64,000 nt of DNA from Piromyces finnis finn (taxonomy: Eukaryota; Fungi; Neocallimastigomycota): assembly GCA_002104945.1 (NCBI GenBank), contig MCFH01000009.1:372001-436000 (forward strand), given 5' to 3'. Numbering within the stretch: position 1 is the stretch's first letter; every line of letters begins with the position of its first letter. This document shows positions 20,926-32,959 of this stretch, in pieces. The notes under the pieces were generated by a model. It ran no database searches. It was not told the origin of the DNA and saw only the letters and a list, made by a program, of their open reading frames with translations. The position numbers and the translations under genes were made by a program.

Positions 20926-21619
20926 TAACGGGAAAACATTAATAAGGATGAACAATTAATACATTAATAATTTTTTTTAGTTATGAGTCTTTGTATAAAA
21001 AATTAAAAAAAAATTATATTTTATCCATAATTAAAATTATAATATTAATAAGGTATTAATGCATTAAAAGCTTTTTCTTTTTTATACATAAAATTATTAA
21101 TTAATAATCATTCTTTTAATTTTTATATAAAAAAATGAAAATGATCAATTATTGAAAATTTATACTCTTTTAATTAAAACTTGAATTATATGAAGAAGTA
21201 CATGATTAAATATAAACATTATTATATTAATAAATCAAACTTTGGTATTTTAAAATTATTATTTTATTTAAAATTTGAATTTAAAATATCTGTTAAATTT
21301 TAGATTTCTAATGATTTATTTACATTTAATTATAAAAACTTTATTTAAATAATATTTTAATTATTATTTTTTATTTATTTAAAATTTTTGGTTTGTAATA
21401 AAAGTAAACCATGGAACGTTTTATAATAACCTATTTAACTAAAATATAAAAAGATATTTTAGTAAAGTAGGAGAAAAATAAAACTCTAAATACAAAAAGA
21501 ATAAAATATTTATAATATATATAAAAGTATTAACATTATGAATATGAAATTATATTTAATAATATAATTAATTTTTTTTTTATTTTATAGTAAAATATAT
21601 AATCCTAATACTTGAAAAT

Positions 21620-21845
21620 GTATTATAATAAAAATTTTGAATAATGCTCTGATATGTAAAAGGGTTACTATGGAAAATTTTAAGCATTTTGCATTCCCAA
21701 TAAAGGATGTTATTTATAAATATGGTAAAAAGAAATAATACATTCTAACACCAATTATTGTAGTGAAAATGGTTAATGTGGTAAAACTAGTTCTTTCTAT
21801 TCATCTAAATGTGAATATCAAAATGAAGTTGGAGGATGTAAAAAT
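21620..21845 (+). pseudogene. Degenerate chitin-binding CBM18 (hevein-like) repeat relic
   Basis: One frame gives SNTNYCSENG*CGKTSSFYSSKCEYQNEVGGCK, resembling C-C-S-x-x-G-W/Y-C-G-x-T..C..Q..FG.C; several stops. A second decayed unit (AFCIPNKGC) lies just upstream. Confidence 0.5.
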
Positions 21846-23043
21846 GTTAAAATATAAACTAGCAATATATAAATATAATAGCATATAAAATGAATATAAA
21901 AACATAAATAAAATAAGAAATAAAAATTAATTTATTTAAGGGATTCCTCATAATTTAGATATACTAACTATCTATTATCTTTTATATGGATCTGGGATTT
22001 TTGTAATTTTATATTTAAGGTTTATATTTTATCTCAAAATAACAAAGGCGACTATTCATCAATTTGGTATTTTTTTCTTGGTAAAAAGCATCCAATAAAT
22101 TTTTAAAATCAGTAAATTTTAATTAATATAAATTAATATATAAGCTTTATTCAAAATCTAATAATTGTTTATAATCTTCTTCACCACTATTAAAAATAAA
22201 TGCCATGTTTAAATTTAATAATAATCTTTTTTGTTTTTTCATTTATTTAATTTTATTTTATTGTTTATATAAAGTCCAAATTAATTTTAAAAAAAAAATA
22301 AATAAAAAATAAAAATAAAAAATAATAATATTAAAAAAAAAAAGGAAAAAAAGAAAATGAAAAAAAAAAAAAAAAAATTTTTTTAATTATTTTTAATTTT
22401 TTTTTTTTTTTTTTTAAAATATTAATTAAATTATATTTATTAGTGGAGTTCAGTTATAAAATTTTATTTATAAACGTTTTAAAGAGGAATTTTAATTTAG
22501 TTTTATTGATAAATAAATTCAGAGCTGTTTTCCTTATTAATTTTTCAATATTTTCACTTCTTACGGTAGTAATGATGGAATATGGTGTATATGTATTTAA
22601 ACTTAATATATATGATAACCTTTATACTAATGCTTTGCATTATTAATTCTTTAATGTAATTGTTTTGACTACATCACCATCATTAATAAGATGAAAATTG
22701 AAGTAAATCTTGATTCTATCTATATCTATATTTTATTTAACTGGTTAATTTATTAAAGAAATTAAATAATTTTTATTTTTATTTATATTAATATTTTTTG
22801 TTATTATTTCTTCATAGCCTAAATAAAAAACAAATACAAATACAAATACAAACACAAATACAAAAATTTCAAGAATAATAATAAATTGAAATATTTTAAT
22901 TTACATTTTTATTAATTATAATTTATTAATTATTAAAATATAATTAATAAGAATTATTAGAAATAATATTTTAGTTATAAAAAAAATAAAGATAAAAAGT
23001 AAGATAATAAAGGAATGTTTGGTTATAATTTTTAATTTCAATA

Positions 23044-24798
23044 TTAGGTTTTTTTCTTTTCTATTTCTTCTATTATACAACTATGATGTTTATATCCTGG
23101 ACAATTAGATTTAATTTCTTTATTGTAATTGATACAGACTAATAAAATTTTACCATAATATTTTTCAAGTCTTTTTGGATATCCTCTATTCTTTATTTGT
23201 TGGATTCCACTTTCTGCTGTTTTGTTATATTTCAATTCTACAATAAATGGAGGATAATCACGTTTAATACCTTCCTCTGTTGGAAAATAAACAATATCAG
23301 CAAATCCTTTTCCTGAATCAACTTCTAAGGATTTAATATAATAATCTTCAGCTTTATAATATGCTAATTGTATTGCATAACTTAAAGTAGCTTCATTGTT
23401 ATATGTATTGTTACTTCCATCATCATGAGCATCTTCTAAATATTTAGCTACTATTTCAGCATCACCTTTTAATGTTGCCTTTAAAAGGTTTTCAGATTGT
23501 ACTAATTTATTCATAGTAAATTTCCAATTAGCGTTTGACATCATAATCAATTCAAATTGCTCTTTTATTTCTTTATTTGGAATAAATACTTCTTTATTTT
23601 CTTTATCATAACCTAAATATCCAGTATGAACAAGCAGAGTAAAAATATCATCTTTAGAGTTAATTGATGTAAAATCATTTTGAAAACTTTTAACATCGAT
23701 TTTTATTTTCTTATTTTTTATTAAAAAACCTATATCTTCCTTTAATCTTTCGTAATTCATATTTATATAATTAGAGAGAAATTTTATGGTTTCAGTTTTA
23801 TTCCAATAATTTCTTATTTCACGATAATATAATGCATTTATAATCGAATATGGTGTATATATTTCATATTTTAAATTATTTTCATCTATTAGTTTATAAC
23901 CATCATACCACTTTTTCATTCTATTTTTAAAATTTCTTGATAAACCTTTTTTTTCATATCTATCATACAAATCATCAACTTCTTTTTCAGTGAATTCAAT
24001 AAATTTTGCCATCCAGGAAGGATTTATCATTGTATATTCACTAAAATTATTAAGACCAGAATTTATTCCAACTTGTTTAAGAGGTAGAATTCCAGTCATA
24101 TAAACTAAAACTACACTTGTCTCATGTTTATCTTTAAATAGACCAATTAAAAAATTTAAATACTTTTTAATAGTATCTTCATCTTCCTTTTTTCGTACAA
24201 TTAAATCATATTTATCTATAATTACAATATTTTCTCTATCTGTTAATTCATTTAAATCTTTTAAAATCATTTTTAAATCATTTTTATCTTGAAATTTGAA
24301 ATTTGGAATACGTCTTTTAATTTCTTTACATAATTCCATAGAAATTATTTTTTTGCCATCTTCAAAGTCATGTTCTAAAAAATAATTTATCATATTTAAA
24401 TGAATTACATTAAATTCATCAAGATATTTATCCCAATTTTCAGTTTTTGAAATTTTTTTGTATTTAAAAAATGGTATTTCAGATTCTGTATAACTATAAT
24501 AAGCAACAAGCATATTAGCAGTTATTGTTTTTCCAAAACGTCTTGGTCTTGAATCACATATAAATGATTTTTCATCTTTTACTTTTTCAATCAATTCATT
24601 AAAATGAAGTATTAATTCTGTTTTATCAATATATGTATCAGGATTTATAGAATCATTTATTTTATAACATCCAGGATTAAAAAATATATTTTTTTTATTT
24701 AATTCTTTCCATTGATCGGAATTGATTAAAGTTTCAAACATCTGTTTTATATCTCTATTTGGAGTAAATAATTCATCTGTATTATGATTATAGTTCAA
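23044..24798 (-). CDS. AAA-ATPase-like plus C-terminal PD-(D/E)XK nuclease protein (PF09820/PF08011-type), single long ORF
   Basis: FNPG..YIDKTELI, Walker A SRPRRFGKT, Walker B-position IIDKYD, YMTGILP, WYDGY, YWNKT, and nuclease motif KGFADIV..IVELKYN. The ORF track start is TTG; first ATG at 24741; an upstream exon cannot be excluded. Confidence 0.92.
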   Translation of the reverse strand: MNYNHNTDELFTPNRDIKQMFETLINSDQWKELNKKNIFFNPGCYKINDSINPDTYIDKTELILHFNELIEKVKDEKSFICDSRPRRFGKTITANMLVAYYSYTESEIPFFKYKKISKTENWDKYLDEFNVIHLNMINYFLEHDFEDGKKIISMELCKEIKRRIPNFKFQDKNDLKMILKDLNELTDRENIVIIDKYDLIVRKKEDEDTIKKYLNFLIGLFKDKHETSVVLVYMTGILPLKQVGINSGLNNFSEYTMINPSWMAKFIEFTEKEVDDLYDRYEKKGLSRNFKNRMKKWYDGYKLIDENNLKYEIYTPYSIINALYYREIRNYWNKTETIKFLSNYINMNYERLKEDIGFLIKNKKIKIDVKSFQNDFTSINSKDDIFTLLVHTGYLGYDKENKEVFIPNKEIKEQFELIMMSNANWKFTMNKLVQSENLLKATLKGDAEIVAKYLEDAHDDGSNNTYNNEATLSYAIQLAYYKAEDYYIKSLEVDSGKGFADIVYFPTEEGIKRDYPPFIVELKYNKTAESGIQQIKNRGYPKRLEKYYGKILLVCINYNKEIKSNCPGYKHHSCIIEEIEKKKT

Positions 24799-25589
24799 AT
24801 AACCTAAATGAACAAGAGTTTATAGAGCTTTACATCTATTAGCAATTTTCAGATAATAATATTTTAGAATCTGCTAATGAAATCATATTATATTTTAGTT
24901 TTTCAAATTACGGCAAAATTAGATTTATGAAAAAATTAAATAATAAATATTATAAATATATTATAATGAATTATGCTATTTATAATTTAATTTCTTATTT
25001 TAAAGTAATAAGTATTATATTGGTAATTACACTAAAAAAAAAGGTTTTTATCATAATAAAATTTTTTTAAATATCATTCGATATAGAATTCTAATATATT
25101 AAATTATTTTAATCACATCACATTATATTACTACATCTTTTTATTTTTATAATAAAGTGTATTAAAATGTGATGATCAGTATAAATTGTTTTTTTATCAG
25201 TTTTCGGGATTGTTTTTCGCTAGAGAAATACACATTTTCACATTTTTATATAAATTAGTATAAAGTTATACTTATCATTCTACCCATTTGATATATTAAT
25301 GAGTAAAGAGAATAAAATAGATAATAGAAATATCAAAAAAAATATAATAATTTAATTATAAATAATATTTAATGAAAAATAGTTTTTATTAATTACAACA
25401 TTAACGGAGGCAGAGATTAAAAAATTATTGTAAAATTAAAAGTTTAAATTTCAGTTAAAGTATAAAAAAGAATGATTTTCATTAACTTTTAAATATCAAT
25501 TTCCTTAATATCAAAGTTTTATATTATTGATTATAAAGGAGAATTAAGGAGAATTTTAAAAAGCAATTATAAAAAAGAATATTTTTAAA

Positions 25590-26340
25590 ATGAGACTATT
25601 TAAATTCATTAGGTATTGTTCTATCATTATCAAGTACTTCACTTTGTCGTTCTATTGAAAATGAATGCTATTTAAAAAATTGGGATACCTGCGTTCATAA
25701 TAACTATAAGAAATGTACAAAATGTAAAGAAGATTTTGCACTCTCTCCAAATAAAAAATCTTGTATAAAATGTTTAGAAGACGAATTCTATGACAAAAAA
25801 AATAAAAAATATACCAAATGTTCTGATAATAATTATAAATGTAATGAAGAAGAGGAAGAAATTAATAAAGAAGAAGAGCCAAATCATGAAAATGCAGATG
25901 TTATTAAGATATATGATGTTGGTTGTAAGCAAATTAATTGTGAACTTTCTGCAATTAAAATTAAAATTGATTATGATGACAGAAATCTATAGTTGTAAAG
26001 ATAACAAGTGAGTGCCGGCTGGATAATGTAATGATTATGTTAAAGATGGTGAAAATTATAAATGTGATAAAGAAGGTAAAGAACTAGAAAAACAAAAATC
26101 AACAACTACTGCTAAAAAAAATAAACGTGATGATTACGAAATACTTTAGGAAGAAAGAATTTTTAAAATGGATGATGGATCATACGCCAAATGTGGAAAG
26201 GATAATAATGATGAAGTTGTTTGTCATTATATAGAAGAAAAGGGCGTTTACACAACAAACAATAAAGACATATCTTAATCAAGTAAAATACTTCTTTTCT
26301 TAGTTCCTTTATTCCATTTTATATATTATTTATGTTTGAC
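25590..26340 (+). pseudogene. Pseudogenised secreted Cys-rich surface protein (signal peptide, CxxC repeats, hydrophobic GPI-like tail)
   Basis: ATG 25590 MRLFKF, then frameshift into LGIVLSLSSTSLCRSIENECYLKNWDTC..KKCTKCKEDFALSPNKKSCIKCLEDEFYD..KCSD..KC. Several in-frame stops follow; it ends KILLFLVPLFHFIYYLCL. Confidence 0.7.
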
Positions 26341-26559
26341 TAGCCATTAAATTAAAACTTAATAAATGTTAAATTCAACAATTAAAATCAATATAACACA
26401 ATATTCATCCATTAAATAGTATCAATTTTAAAGCAAATAAAACACAGAAATTTACAATGATTAATAATCTAAATTTATTTTCCATATAAAAATTTCAATA
26501 AATTTTATAACTAAATTCTTAATATTCTATATAGTTATATAAATTAGGTATTATCAGCA

Positions 26560-27110
26560 AATGTTTTGATTTTCTCAATAATCTATACTACGTGTACATT
26601 TCATGGATATGTTTTCTAATGAATTCCCTATCAACTTTAGTGTAAGGTAAGGATGCCCTCTTTCTCCTATACTATTCAATTTTTTTATCAGGGATGATTT
26701 AAATAAGTATGAAAAAACTAATGTTAGTATAGGAAGTTGACGTTTTTTTATTACGACCTCTTTGCTGATGACATCATTCTGATTGCGTCTAGTAAAAAGA
26801 ACTTTCAAAAATGGTCAATTTGGTTCTTGATTAGAAAAATTAAAAATGAAATACCTTTTGGGATAAATAAATGTGTAATCATTGTTGTTAAACCTATCAA
26901 CTTTAATAGATCCTCTAGTTATATAGACCCAACCTTTTTCACCAGTATTTACTCAATTCCAAAGGTTTCTTGCTACATTTTCCTTGGAATTTCCTATGAC
27001 GAATATATTCCTTTTACACTATTTTATCAAATATGTACAAAAAAAAAGTTCAAAAATATTTATTCAACAGCTTTCTTACTAACAATTGTGTTCCTATTAG
27101 TTTGAAAGGA
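26560..27110 (+). mobile_element. Degenerate non-LTR (LINE-like) reverse transcriptase relic
   Basis: FSVR*GCPLSPILFNFFI and, after a frameshift, DLFADDIILIA..FGINKC match RT motifs GVRQGCPLSP, FADD and INKC; stops and frameshifts present. Confidence 0.85.
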
Positions 27111-27790
27111 ATTAAAGACATTAGAGAACATTATTAGAAACCCCTTTTACCTTTATTAGTAATTAATTATTTTTATTCAACTTTATTTATTATTTATTTT
27201 TACAAATTAATATGTAATGTCAATCTAATGTATTTACATATAAAAAATTAAATAAATAAGAATTTTTGAAACATAGGTCTAGTATAAAATACATTTTAAT
27301 TATTTTAGTTGATTTTACTACTGAATGAAAATGAAATGAAAAAAAAAAATAATAAAACTTTTAAATAATTATAACAATTTATTTTAATAAATAAGAAAAG
27401 TAAACTAAATATACAATATTAAGCTATAATGATATATATATATTTTTTTTTTGAAATATAAAAAAAACTTGGAATAACTTTTCTTTTTTTCATATTTGTG
27501 GTTGTATTATATGGATATATTTGTCTTTGTTTTTTGTTTTTGTTTTTGTTTTTTATGTATATAAAAAAAGATCTATGATTGACTATTTATATAATAATAT
27601 ATTAATAATGTATTATGATGATGATAATGATATTTATGGTTGTGGTGATTTACTATACATCTATATCTATTATTTTTTGTTTTTGCTTTTTTGTTTGTTT
27701 GTTTGTTTTTTAAAGAAATATTAATAATATATTTTTATATATTTCTAATAATTGAATATGGGTTTAAATAATGACAATATATTATATCTT

Positions 27791-30700
27791 TTAATTAGCA
27801 ACATTCTTTCTTCTTTCATACTTCCATACACGTTCAAATGAGAATGGATAATATTTATATCCAGAACCAGCATAAAATTTACCATTCTATGATATTAAAA
27901 AATTAAATAGTTTAAAAAAATTATTAATATAATGTTTGAAGATATAAAATAAAACAATAACATTTTTTAATACGGATTATGCTTTAAAAATAAATGATTT
28001 AACATACAAATTCGACCCTGTTAGATTTTAATGATGCATATATTTTTTTTAATTTTTCAAAAGTATATAAAAATATATAAAAAAATAGTAATTAATTTTT
28101 AATCAGTTATATCAAAATAAAAATGGAGATTTTCAAAATTTAAAAAAAAAAATTACCAGTGTAAACGTAAAGCATGAAGGAAAGCAGATAAACCTTCCAT
28201 AATCAACATAATGAAAATGGTTAACGTAAACCAGACTGCAAATAATGCGAAAATAATAACGCCATTCACTACAGGATTAATATCGATATTAAATGCTAAA
28301 GTATCCAAAAGCATATTATAAAGGACATGAGATAACTCTATTATATAAAAAAAATTATAAATATTAATAATTTTTTTTTTACATTTAATAATATGGATAT
28401 AACAATAAAGATATTTTTAATTGCTTATTGATCTAAAAATTTAATGATTTTTTTTAAGAAAAAAAGAATATATATAATTACGTGAGTGAGCAAGAGACAA
28501 AGCCCAAAGACGTAAATATGAAGCAGTGTTTGAAATACAATTTAATGTAAATTCAATAGCATGAACGGCTTGATTAATTAAAGTATCAGCCATAGAGAAT
28601 TTCTATTAAGATTTTAAAAATAATAGTTCATATATATTTTGTTTAATGATTTTATATAAAAATAGATTAATATCAGTTTTAATATTTTAATTCATTTAAT
28701 GTAAAAAAATTTTTTATTTACAGCTGGTTCATTTTCTGGAATAAAAACATCTGGGGCAACATTAACAATACTATCTCTATTAGTATTATTTTCTTTTTCT
28801 TCATCAGTAGCTTTTAATTCCTTTTCTCTCTTTTTAGCTCTACTTCTTAAAACCAATGGTTTTGCTAACAATAACCATGGAATGGTAATAACAAAGATTA
28901 AAAGTAAAACAATTTGAACTTTATCCTAATATATTAATAATAATTAATAATAATAATAATAAATATATTTAATAATATTAATATATATTTATATATATGA
29001 TAAAAAAAGTTAAAAAAGTAATTTTATAAATAAAAAGTAAATATAACAATAACAAAATATTTTTTGGTTATAATATAAATATATATATATATTTACTTGT
29101 CCATGATATAATAGTTCATCTTCTTTTATGCTACCAGGACTCATGAATAAATAAATAAGCATATTTAATAAACTTGGTGGTTGACCAATAGCATCTGGTT
29201 TAAACCAATTATAGCACCATTTGTACATGATAGTAAAACATAAATAACCGAAAACAGAACCTAACATAAGAAATTCTGGAACGAATTTACAAATAATTAA
29301 ATAATATTCTTTGTAATAGATGTGATTACATAAGTTTACTAAAACACCACAAAGCATCTATTTATTTCATTTAAAAAAATTTTTTAAGAAATATTAATAT
29401 TATTTAATATTTTTTTTTTCAATGTTATAATTATTATTGGTAATTATAAAGCTCTACATACATGAATAACACCAAGAATAATAGATAATTTCATTTTGTA
29501 AGAATTTAAGAAAATTAATGAATTTTCAGAATCAATCCATGCCTACGTTTATTCAATATTTCAGAAAAAAAAAATTTAAATATAAATTAAAATTTAAATA
29601 GATACTAATAAGAATTTACAATAATAATGTTAAAATCAACTTACAGGGTCAATACCAAAACTATATGGTCTATAATTAGGATCTTTATCACGAAGTAAAC
29701 CTTCAACATTTTTCATACCTTCTTCAGAACTTTGTGTATTTTTATCTACCATTTTAAATCTAGAAAGAGGGTATACAAAGGTTTTGGAGAAGAAATCATT
29801 ATAAATTAAACCTGTATATATTGAAAATATACCCATAAGAAGTATAACATATCTACCGGTAAATGCCATAGCAAAAATCTATAATTAAAAAAAAGAAATG
29901 GATTGTTAAAAACAATAATTAAATAAATTATAATAATCTTTTAATATACTAAATTTTAATTCCATTTTTTTTCTAAATAAAAAAAAGTTATCATCTTTTT
30001 TTTTTTTAATTACAATTATTGTTATTGTTTTATATACTAATTTATAAAAATAATGAATACATACTTCATTTAGATTTTTTTTACTTAATAAAAGCTTTTC
30101 ATAATATATCATTACAAAGGCAGCTAATGCCATTAATATACCATGACCTGAATCACCAAACATAACAGCAAATAAGAATGGGAAGGTAATAATAGTAAAG
30201 ATACCTGGATTAACTTCTTTATACTTGGCTACACCATATGCATCTACAATATTTTGGAAACATTGAGTGACTTTATTGGTTAATTGATGTGTAGGTGGTT
30301 CTCTATTTGTCGGTACTATTTCAAATATAGGTTCTGTTTCTGTATTCGAGATTTTCTTTTTTTTTTATAAAAAAAAAGAATAATAATAATACATATATTT
30401 AATTTAAGAATTTTAAGTATTTCTATATTAATATATAATATTTTTCATTTTTTTTATAATATTCATAATAAAATACATACATGAACTTCTTTGAATGTAT
30501 CTCTAATATCTCTTAATTTTTGAGATGGACACCAACCTTCACCAATCATAAATCTATTATTAACATTAACATTTAACATATTCATAATTTCATAAACATT
30601 AATTTCTTCAGCGATGGCTGCTTGCCATGTTTCAATATCATTACTAATTACTCTTAAATCATTAATGATAGAATTATTTGTTGCTTGATGAACCTAAAAA

Positions 30701-32959
30701 AATAATTAGTATTTAATCAAAATTATTATTAAATATTTTATTTATGGATCCTTTTTAAAAAAATAATAACAAATATATATTATAGAAAGAATAATAGAGT
30801 ATGATATATATGTATGGTTTTATCAATTTACCTTGTGAATTTCTTCAATTTTTGAGAAAATTTTTAATGAATTTTCTCTTCTGACTTCTTGATCAACATC
30901 AAGATCATAAAGATTAGCTCCCATGAGTTCAGAAATTCTTTTAATTTTTTGAATCATGGCATCACCATGAGCAAAAATAATGAAAACATTCTTTTCGATT
31001 TTTTGATCTGTTTCTGGATCTTGTAATGGTTCTTCAATTTCAGAATGATTCATACATAGATTACCTCTAAGAATTCTCCATAAAATTCTTTCAAATACAG
31101 GCATAGTTTTTCTTGGTATAACACCAGCAATATATCTTTAAAAAAAAAAAAAGAAAAGAAAGAAAATAATAAATAATAAATAGAATCATTAATATAAATT
31201 ATATGTATTTTTTGTTATGATTATTTAAAAAAAATTTAATTATATAATTCTCTATAAAATCTTGATTATAAATATGTATATATATATATATATATATATA
31301 TTTATAAAACCTACTTTAAATTTGATCTATTCATTACTTCACCATCTGAATTATCCAAATTATTCTCTGGATTATTTTCTTTATTTAATTTTCCATCTGA
31401 ATTCAATGAACTACTTTTATTTGCATTATCGGAAGAACTTGATCCTGATTTATTTGTTAATTCATTTAAATTTAAATTATTATGAATAACTTTATTCTTA
31501 TTTTCATCTTCTAAATCAACATTTCTAGAGTCAATCTTTTTAAATATATTTAAAAAAAAGAGATTTAATAAAAGGTATTTTAAATATTATTTTATATTTG
31601 AATTTTCTTTACTATTTGTATTTGTATTAATAATTTATTAAAATATTAAGATATTTACTTCTTCAAAGAAATAGTTAGATTCGGTAATAACATATTTCTC
31701 TTCTATTAAAAGTAATAATTGGGATCTTAAATTTTTTCTTGATTCATACATATTATCTAACTTTTCTCTTAAATCACTTATTTTTTTTGCCAATTCATCT
31801 ATATCATTTTTACTCATTAAAGGTAAATCATTTACATTATCTAAATCTTTTACAGTAATATCTTCGGCAACAATCTGTTTCTTTAAATATTCTATATAAA
31901 TATTTTAAAAATAAAATAATTTATAAATATTATTATTTAATGACATATATTATAAAATAATATAAATGATTGATTTTTTTATTATTTATTTATTTATTTA
32001 TTTATAACAATTCTACTTTTAACTATTTACGTTGAAAAAAGTATTATAGTTTATACTATTTTTTATGATGTTGTATTTTATATTGTAACATTATGATATG
32101 ATAATGCATGAAATTGTGTGGATTTCATATTTAATTTTTTTATTATCTGTTTTTTCAATAATATATTGATTTCATTTATTTTAATTTATTTAATTTTTAT
32201 TGGTATTCTTTCAAAATTTATATTAAACAAATTAAAAAAAAAATACTATATTTTTGAAGTGTTTTTTAACATTATCCATTATCATTATCAATACTTGTTA
32301 TTTAATAATAAAAGAGGAAATTTTTTAATAAACCTTGTATTCCATATTTAATAATAATTAGCTTTATTTACATTATAAAAAAAAAGGAAATATATATATT
32401 TTTTTTCTTCATTTATATGTATTGGTTATTAATTGACAAAGCAAAACGATTAAAAAATAAAAAAAAAAAAAAACAATAGCATATAATCCAGCAATCATTT
32501 ATGTTCATAGAAAAAGAGTTTTTTTTTTGTAATATATAAAGTAATATTTTAATAATATATATATTTACGAATATTATTGTATATGGTTTGTAACTTTCGA
32601 ATATCATCAACATAAGTTCTCTGAAAGGCATTTATATCTCTATTCAACTATGCATAACATTTATAATATAAACATTTATATTACATATTAATTTATAAAA
32701 TAAATTGTTTATTTATATATTTAATATATAATAATAAAAAACAATAATAACCATAGTATAAATAAATAAAATATAATAATAAAATACTAACATCATTAAA
32801 TTGAATAACACCTAATTGACCTAATTTTCTAATTGTTAAATGACCAATTTCTGAAGGTATGTAAAAATGTAATAATGATATATCTTCTGAACGAAATAGA
32901 CTTTGCTGGCCTAACTTTTGTTCTATTTCTTCAATTTCCTCATCTATTGTTTTTGACAT
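27791..32959 (-). CDS. VPH1: V-type H+-ATPase V0 subunit a (Vph1/Stv1 family), multi-exon
   Basis: [96 protein letters not shown] (essential Arg present)..[22 protein letters not shown]; stop at 27791. Confidence 0.95.
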
